This document shows, piece after piece, positions 57,838-64,000 of a stretch of DNA of 64,000 nucleotides. Positions within the stretch are counted from its first letter, which is position 1; every line of letters starts with the position of its first letter. Under the pieces are notes generated by a model. That model saw only the letters and a program-made list of their open reading frames with translations, was not told where the DNA came from and ran no database searches. The position numbers and the translations under genes are program-made. Origin of the DNA: Lachnospiraceae bacterium (GTDB lineage Bacteria; Bacillota; Clostridia; Lachnospirales; Lachnospiraceae); contig JAFRGQ010000075.1 of the NCBI GenBank assembly GCA_017433725.1, forward strand, positions 277 through 64,276, in the 5' to 3' direction.

Positions 57838-58800
57838 TTATTTGTTCCAGCACGCCACCATATGCCCCCCGCCTCTATCCGTCAGCTGCGGGCACTCCTG
57901 TGCACACTTCTCCGTCGCATACCTGCATCTCGTTCTGAACGCGCATCCCGAAGGCATCTTCAGCGGACTCGGGACATCACCCTCAAGAATAATTCTCTTG
58001 GAGCTCTTCGCGATCTTCGGATCCGGAATCGGCACCGCTGAGAGCAGCGACTGTGTATACGGATGAATCGGGCTGTCGGAAAGCTCATCGGCATCCGCCG
58101 TCTCAACAACACGGCCGAGATACATGACCGCGATACGATTTGAGATATGACGTACGACCAGAAGGTCATGGGCGATGAACAGATAAGCTACGCCGAGCTT
58201 TTCCTGCAGCTCTTCGAACATGTTGATGACCTGCGCCTGAATAGAAACGTCCAGAGCAGAGACAGCCTCGTCGCAGACGATGAACTTCGGTTCAACTGCC
58301 AGCGCGCGGGCGATACCGATACGCTGTCTCTGGCCGCCGGAAAACTCATGCACATAACGTGTTGCGTGCTCAGCGTTCAGGCCTACCAGCTCCATAAGGT
58401 CAAGAATCTTCTCCCGACGCTCTTTCTTATTTGAATAGAGATGATGAACATCGAGCGGCTCGCCGATGATCTCCTCAACTGTCATACGCGGATCGAGAGA
58501 TGAATACGGATCCTGGAATACCATCTGCATCTTTGGTCTGTACTGCAGCATGTTCTTGTCTGTGATCAGGTTTCCGTCATAATAAATCTCACCGCCGGTC
58601 GGCTTGTACAGACGAAGAAGTGTACGACCGACTGTGGTCTTGCCACAACCCGACTCGCCTACCAGACCGAGTGTCTCGCCCGGCTTGATGGAGAAATTAA
58701 CGCCATCAACAGCCTTCAGCATTGTCGTCTTCATGAACCCGGTACGGATCGGAAAATACATTTGCAGATCTTTTACTTCAATAAGATTTTCGCTGCTCAC
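57838..58800 (-). CDS. oppF: Oligopeptide ABC transporter ATPase
   Basis: [28 protein letters not shown]-terminal Cys motif; GTG start immediately after the oppD stop. Confidence 0.93.
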   Translation of the reverse strand: MSSENLIEVKDLQMYFPIRTGFMKTTMLKAVDGVNFSIKPGETLGLVGESGCGKTTVGRTLLRLYKPTGGEIYYDGNLITDKNMLQYRPKMQMVFQDPYSSLDPRMTVEEIIGEPLDVHHLYSNKKERREKILDLMELVGLNAEHATRYVHEFSGGQRQRIGIARALAVEPKFIVCDEAVSALDVSIQAQVINMFEELQEKLGVAYLFIAHDLLVVRHISNRIAVMYLGRVVETADADELSDSPIHPYTQSLLSAVPIPDPKIAKSSKRIILEGDVPSPLKMPSGCAFRTRCRYATEKCAQECPQLTDRGGGHMVACWNK

Positions 58801-59814
58801 TTACGCTTCCTCCTTCATATATGTACCGTTTTTGACATTCATCCAACAGGAAGCAAGATGTGTCTTATCGATTCTCAGCTCGTCCGGAACCTGTGTCAGG
58901 CAGATCTTCATAGCAGAATCGCATCGCGAACAGAACGCACATCCCTTCGGCATGTTGAGAAGGTTGATCGGTGTACCCGCGATCGGAACCAGTTTCTTCT
59001 TCATATTGCTCGTGCTCGGAATCGAACGGAGCAGACCCTTGGTATATTCATGGCACGGATTATAGAAAATGTCTTCAGCCGTACCTCTCTCGCAGATACG
59101 TCCGCCGTACATAACTACGATCTCATCGGACATCTGCGCGATAACACCCAGGTCATGCGTAACGATAATGATGGCCATGTTCAGTTTTTTCTGAAGGTCC
59201 AACATCAGCTCCAGGATCTGTGCCTGAATCGTAACGTCCAGAGCGGTCGTCGGCTCATCTGCGATCAGGATCGACGGCTCCATAACGAGAGCCATAGCAA
59301 TCATAACACGCTGGCGCATACCGCCGGAGAGCTCATGCGGATACTGCTTCATACGGCGCTCCGCATCATTGATACCGACCATCTCAAGCATCTTGATGGC
59401 ATTGGCCTTAGCCTCTTCCTTGGACTTATCCGAATGGATACGGATTGCTTCCGTAATCTGATTTCCTACCGTGTAGACAGGATTCAGAGATGTCATCGGA
59501 TCCTGGAAGATCATCGCACAGTGCTTTCCGCGGAATTCCTGCATCTGCTTCTGGCTATAGTGCGTGATGTCCTCACCCTTGAACAGGATCTGGCCTTCTG
59601 TGATATGACCGTTGGCATCCAGGATCTGCATAATGGAATATGCGGAAACGGATTTACCGGAACCTGATTCGCCGACGATTCCGAGGCTGTGGCCTTCCTC
59701 CAGTACGTAGGAGACGCCGTTGACAGCGCGGACCTCGCCTTTATCTGTTTTAAAAGCTGTATGAAGATTTCTGACTTCAAGAAGCGGAGGCTTCTTTCCA
59801 TTTGTGTTTTCCAT
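58801..59814 (-). CDS. oppD: Oligopeptide ABC transporter ATPase
   Basis: [41 protein letters not shown]. Confidence 0.95.
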   Translation of the reverse strand: MENTNGKKPPLLEVRNLHTAFKTDKGEVRAVNGVSYVLEEGHSLGIVGESGSGKSVSAYSIMQILDANGHITEGQILFKGEDITHYSQKQMQEFRGKHCAMIFQDPMTSLNPVYTVGNQITEAIRIHSDKSKEEAKANAIKMLEMVGINDAERRMKQYPHELSGGMRQRVMIAMALVMEPSILIADEPTTALDVTIQAQILELMLDLQKKLNMAIIIVTHDLGVIAQMSDEIVVMYGGRICERGTAEDIFYNPCHEYTKGLLRSIPSTSNMKKKLVPIAGTPINLLNMPKGCAFCSRCDSAMKICLTQVPDELRIDKTHLASCWMNVKNGTYMKEEA

Positions 59815-59827
59815 ATGTCTATCCCCC

Positions 59828-60892
59828 TTACCGTCTCAGTTTCGGATCAAATGCATCACGCAGACCATCGCCCAGCAGGTTGAACGCAAGTACGATGAGG
59901 ACGATGAGGACCGCCGGATATATCAATTTGTCCGGATAACTCTGAAGACCCTGACGGGCAGTATTGGCAAGAGAACCCAGCGACGGCATCGGCGCCTCAA
60001 CACCCATACCGACGAATGAAAGGAAGCTCTCTGTAAATATCGCTGACGGAATCTGCAGAGCAGTCGTAATGATGATAACGCTGATGCAGTTCGGGATTAT
60101 ATGCTTGCGGATGATATGTGCCGGCTTTGCACCGATTGCGCGTGCCGCAAGAATATACTCATTATTTTTGATTGTAAGAATCTGTCCGCGGACCAGACGC
60201 GCCATACCTACCCAGTACAGAAGACCGAATACGATGAAGATGGAGACCATATTTGCACCGAATGTCTTCAGAACGAAGTTCTGGCTGGCGTCTTCGCCGA
60301 GGCTCGACTTAATAACAACGGACAGAAGGATAATAATCAGCATGTCCGGCAGCGAATATATGATATCGACGATACGCATCATGATCAGATCCGTTCGCCC
60401 TCCCGCATATCCTGCGATACTGCCATAGATAACACCGATGATGAGGACCAGGATGCTGGCAAAAAGACCTACGGTCAGGGAGACGCGCGCACCGTAGACG
60501 ACACGGATAAAATAGTCACGTCCCAGAGAGTCGGTACCCATAATGTGCGGGAATACCTTACCGCCCTGATCGATATACTCCTGCTCCACCTGTGAGTACT
60601 GGAATGCCGAGAGGTTCTTATTCGTACGGTCACGTCTGCCGTTTACCTTGGCGATGCCCGAGTAACTGTACGGAACGACCAACGGCGCAAAAATAATCGT
60701 TATGATGATGAGGATCAATACGATGATAGAGCCTACCGCGAGAGGGTTCTTCATGAGCTTTCTCATACCGTCACGGAAAAATGTGACAGATTCGCTCATG
60801 ACCTCCTGCTGCTGTTTCTCGTCTTCTGTAGCCGGCTCAAAGAGCGCCGGATCTATCTGCATGCTTAACGGATTTTTCTTAACTGCTTCCAT
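59828..60892 (-). CDS. oppC: Oligopeptide ABC transporter permease
   Basis: GTDSLGRD, YGARVSL, ESFLSFVG, FNLLGDGLRDAFDP. Confidence 0.93.
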   Translation of the reverse strand: MEAVKKNPLSMQIDPALFEPATEDEKQQQEVMSESVTFFRDGMRKLMKNPLAVGSIIVLILIIITIIFAPLVVPYSYSGIAKVNGRRDRTNKNLSAFQYSQVEQEYIDQGGKVFPHIMGTDSLGRDYFIRVVYGARVSLTVGLFASILVLIIGVIYGSIAGYAGGRTDLIMMRIVDIIYSLPDMLIIILLSVVIKSSLGEDASQNFVLKTFGANMVSIFIVFGLLYWVGMARLVRGQILTIKNNEYILAARAIGAKPAHIIRKHIIPNCISVIIITTALQIPSAIFTESFLSFVGMGVEAPMPSLGSLANTARQGLQSYPDKLIYPAVLIVLIVLAFNLLGDGLRDAFDPKLRR

Positions 60893-60912
60893 ATGTCTTC
60901 CTTTCCGATTCA

Positions 60913-61824
60913 TTAATCAAGCGTGATGCGCGGATCAACGATCTTATAAGCAATATCGCTGAGCAGGTTGCAGATTACCATAACGACCGCCAGGAAAATC
61001 GTGGTAGCCATGATCAACGGGTAATCGCGATTGCTGATTGCCTTTACAAACTGCTGTCCGAGACCTCCGATCGTGAAAATATTTTCAACAACGAGGGAGC
61101 CGGTCAGAATGTAGGCAAGCATCGGTCCGACATATGTGATAACCGGAATCAGGGCATTCCTGAGTGCATGCTTAAAGATGACAGAAACCATCGGGACACC
61201 TTTGGCTCTGGCTGTCCGGACATAGTCCTGATTCAGCGCGTCAAGCATGGAGGTCTTCGTAAGTCTTGTGACATAAGCCATGGGATATGCCATAAGAGCG
61301 ATGACCGGCAGGATGTAGCTTCGGGATGATGCATCGAATACCGGGAGAACTTTCAGTTCGATACAGAATACCAGAAGAAGGAGCGTCGCAAAGACGAAGG
61401 AAGGCATAGCTGTAAACAAAGTGGTGAAGAATACGATGATTCGGTCCGGCCATCTGTTGCGGAACAGCGCTGCCAAAGCACCGAGAATGATGCCGAAGAT
61501 GATGGCGAATACCGCTGCCGTGAGACCAAGTCTCGCCGATACTTTGAAACATGATGACAGAGTAGTGCTTATTTCGCGGCCTGTCTTAAGAGAAACACCG
61601 AAATCGCCGTGCAGCAGGTTCCTCATATACAGAATGAACTGGATGTGAACCGGCTTATCGAGGTTGTAGCGTGCCTCAAGGGCTGCTTTGGTGGCTGCGG
61701 AGAGAGCCTTCTCCGAGTTGAATGGTCCGCCCGGAATAGCATTCATCGCAAAGAATGTGATCAGGCAGATAATAAAGATACTGACGAGTGCCAGCAGGAT
61801 ACGTTTGAAGACGTAACGACCCAT
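60913..61824 (-). CDS. oppB: Oligopeptide ABC transporter permease
   Basis: IPGGPF, LDKP..IQF..Y, GDFGVS, DYVRTARAKG, KHALRNA, NRDYP, DPRI. Confidence 0.95.
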   Translation of the reverse strand: MGRYVFKRILLALVSIFIICLITFFAMNAIPGGPFNSEKALSAATKAALEARYNLDKPVHIQFILYMRNLLHGDFGVSLKTGREISTTLSSCFKVSARLGLTAAVFAIIFGIILGALAALFRNRWPDRIIVFFTTLFTAMPSFVFATLLLLVFCIELKVLPVFDASSRSYILPVIALMAYPMAYVTRLTKTSMLDALNQDYVRTARAKGVPMVSVIFKHALRNALIPVITYVGPMLAYILTGSLVVENIFTIGGLGQQFVKAISNRDYPLIMATTIFLAVVMVICNLLSDIAYKIVDPRITLD

Positions 61825-62035
61825 GGTGAAAAACCTCCCTTGTAGATTCTGCTCTTTCCCGAGCGGCAGTTCTTAGAATGTCATAAGGCATTTTGACGGG
61901 ATTTGCACAGGCGGGTTGAAGCGCATTGTCATAATTATACATCTATTTTGTAATAAAACAAGTTTGAAGTGCCATTTGTATCCTAAAAACACTATTTATG
62001 ACAATTCTGTCCAAGGGATTTTGATAATAAATATT

Positions 62036-62063
62036 ATGAGGCGGGGATTCTCCCCGCCTCATA
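62036..62063 (-). terminator. Hairpin terminator after nadE
   Basis: ATGAGGCGGGGA-TTC-TCCCCGCCTCAT. Confidence 0.75.
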
Positions 62064-62072
62064 GCCAACTAT

Positions 62073-62858
62073 TTAATTTGCCTCCTGCTCACCCTCTGCC
62101 AGCGCAAATGACGGCATCAACTGCAGTTTGTGCAGATTCAACATGTGCATTCTATCGATCTTCTTGCGAATCTCCTCATCCTCACACTCACCGGTCAGCA
62201 CATAATGATCAAGCGTTGCATATGTGAACCCGATCTTATCCTCGTCAGACATTCCCGAAAGCCCATCGGACGGTGTCTTTTTTGTGAGTCTTTCCGGCAC
62301 GCCAAGTACCTCGCCTATCTGAATAACCTCATGAACAAGTAGATTCGACAGCGGGCTGAAGTCTCCGGCTGCATTACCGAACTTCGTCGAATACCCAATG
62401 AAATCCTCAGAGCGGTTACAAGTATTGGCAACGCGACCGCCGTTCGGCAGCGCCTGTGCAATTGCATACAGCGTGCTCATGCGGAGACGCGGCGGCATAT
62501 TGATGATAGAGTCGCGGGACAGTGTATCCACACTTACGGTATCACTCTCCGACAGCGCATTATTAATAGCAGAAGAAAGCCCATCAAATCCATCCTTGAT
62601 ATTGACAGTAACATTCTTGATTCCGAGCAGATCTACTATTTCCTGAGAATCGCTGATGTCGCTCTGTACACCGTTCGGCATCATAACACCGACGACACGA
62701 TCCTTACCGAGTGCTTCCGCAAGCAGCGCTGCGGTGATGCTCGAGTCCTTACCTCCCGAGATACCGATTACGGCGTCGCAGGTCGGACCGTTGGCTGCGA
62801 AGTATTCTCTGATCCACTGTACGATTTCATTTTTAGTCTTTTCCGGATTTTTTAACAT
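62073..62858 (-). CDS. nadE: NH3-dependent NAD+ synthetase
   Basis: GISGGKDS, N..PRLRM..LY, NRSE..IGYSTKFG, KTPSDGL; no glutaminase domain. Confidence 0.93.
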   Translation of the reverse strand: MLKNPEKTKNEIVQWIREYFAANGPTCDAVIGISGGKDSSITAALLAEALGKDRVVGVMMPNGVQSDISDSQEIVDLLGIKNVTVNIKDGFDGLSSAINNALSESDTVSVDTLSRDSIINMPPRLRMSTLYAIAQALPNGGRVANTCNRSEDFIGYSTKFGNAAGDFSPLSNLLVHEVIQIGEVLGVPERLTKKTPSDGLSGMSDEDKIGFTYATLDHYVLTGECEDEEIRKKIDRMHMLNLHKLQLMPSFALAEGEQEAN

Positions 62859-62994
62859 ATTTTTGTTCTCCTCATATTGAGATTATGCCTGCTATTATAG
62901 CACCATCCTATTTGGTTTTGTATTATAAACAATTTTTATAGTATTTTTGCAAACGCGCACAATGATTTCACACACATATTTCTTTTAGGTAAGG

Positions 62995-63423
62995 TCAGTC
63001 GCTTTTCTCCGCCACCTCCGTAATCCTGCCGATCTCAATTCTCCGGCCATCCGTCAGCACAAGAACACCTGTTATCTCATCTATTCGACGAACCCTTCCC
63101 TCGGTCACGACATATTCTCCGCCCTCTTTCCTGTCATCAGGCACAAAATGAGTAATCGTCACAACCGGTCTCTCCCCGGCAGATACCTTCCCGGCAACTG
63201 TACGCATCCTCTCATCTAATTCTTCTATGCGGTTCTCATCCATAAATATCTCTGAATGAGTAAATCTTGATTCTTCCTCCACCTCATCGTCATACCCGAC
63301 CATCGCCTTAAAAGGTGAGAATTGAGCTGCCCGCTTCTCCATAGGCATGGAGGGATATTTCGTTGACACGAAATGGGGATGATTGATGATAGTTTCATAG
63401 GGATTCTTCTTAAATGCACTCAT
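62995..63423 (-). CDS. YolD-like protein
   Basis: RAAQFSPF.A..GY motif; ITHFVPDDRKEGGEY...EG.V.RID; directly downstream of a Y-family polymerase. Confidence 0.85.
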   Translation of the reverse strand: MSAFKKNPYETIINHPHFVSTKYPSMPMEKRAAQFSPFKAMVGYDDEVEEESRFTHSEIFMDENRIEELDERMRTVAGKVSAGERPVVTITHFVPDDRKEGGEYVVTEGRVRRIDEITGVLVLTDGRRIEIGRITEVAEKSD

Positions 63424-63480
63424 CTGAATCAATCTCCCGGTATTCTATACAAACTATACTCGATGCATAATGCAGATTTC

Positions 63481-63999
63481 TCACGCCTTATGTCCCCCGA
63501 CCTGCTGATTCCTCTCCCTGGTCATCGCACCCTCCTGAAGATTCATTCCCTTCAGAACCGCATTCTTCCCGAATTTCTTCTTCAAATCGATGACCGCCTT
63601 CTGAAGATTTCTCTCCTTCTCAAGTTCAGCTTTCGTGGTCGCTCTCTCTTTCTCCACTTCTGCAACATTCGTAAAGAGCGAGAGCTGCTCGTACTCAGGG
63701 GTGTCACCGGCCGTCAGCTTCTGACGCGCCGCCTCATCTTCTGTCATGACATGCGTTGCAGCGACCGTCACACGCCTGATGAGTAGATCCGGATTCACAA
63801 TCCTGCCGTACAGCCTCATCATCGCTTCCGTTATGATTTTCGTGGAGCTGTTAAAGCTCCCGAGATTCTCTGTGCCGTGCGCATGCTTCGGAGCCTTACG
63901 CCCGTAATAATCCGTCACGATCTCGCCTTTATACTTTCGCATCCGCTCCGGATCATTAAGGTTTTCAATATCGTAATTAATTGTCAGAACGACCGAGCC
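63481..63999 (-). CDS. Y-family (DinB/UmuC-like) DNA polymerase, C-terminal part; 5'-truncated by the window edge
   Basis: Frame is open to the window end; DYYGR..PKHAHGT, LIRRV, clamp-binding motif EQLSLF, KKFGKNAVLKG, RN.QVGGHKA. Confidence 0.85.
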   Translation of the reverse strand, partial: GSVVLTINYDIENLNDPERMRKYKGEIVTDYYGRKAPKHAHGTENLGSFNSSTKIITEAMMRLYGRIVNPDLLIRRVTVAATHVMTEDEAARQKLTAGDTPEYEQLSLFTNVAEVEKERATTKAELEKERNLQKAVIDLKKKFGKNAVLKGMNLQEGAMTRERNQQVGGHKA

Positions 64000-64000
64000 C

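Noticed and set aside
1-64000. tRNA/rRNA genes, prophage, IS transposases, integrases
   Set aside because: None was recognised by eye, and the intergenic gaps are short. tRNAscan-SE and ISEScan would be needed to exclude them formally.

Overview
A gene-dense chromosomal window from what looks like a Bacillota/Clostridia anaerobe, probably Lachnospiraceae-like (inferred from gene content: type III CoaX, meso-DAP dehydrogenase, LTA-synthase-like sulfatase, YolD plus Y-family polymerase, GGAGG-type RBSs). Left to right: a truncated acidic hypothetical gene; a complete four-gene Wadjet (jetABCD) anti-plasmid system; a PuuR-like regulator with potABCD; HTH-Uma2; larE; cell-envelope and carbohydrate enzymes; coaBC/coaX; a VTC-DUF4956 pair; an atypical membrane-anchored Hsp70 paired with a membrane protein that has a GrpE-like tail; a ricin/SGNH surface protein; nudC; an LRR/DUF2201-vWA/MoxR-AAA trio; ddh; apbE; CotH; an Fe-S flavoprotein; oppBCDFA; nadE; and a yolD/Y-family polymerase cassette cut by the right edge. 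I saw no rRNA, tRNA, CRISPR array, transposase or integrase. The most unusual signals are: (1) the two-gene GrpE-like/membrane-Hsp70 operon; (2) an OppA that is circularly permuted; (3) two orphan small proteins with double-glycine (bacteriocin-type) leaders, one fused to LysM; (4) three families of dispersed palindromic intergenic elements, including a composite copy and its apparent microhomology-deleted derivative; (5) recurrent low-complexity loop insertions in housekeeping enzymes. All family assignments come from motif recognition by eye; no database search was run.
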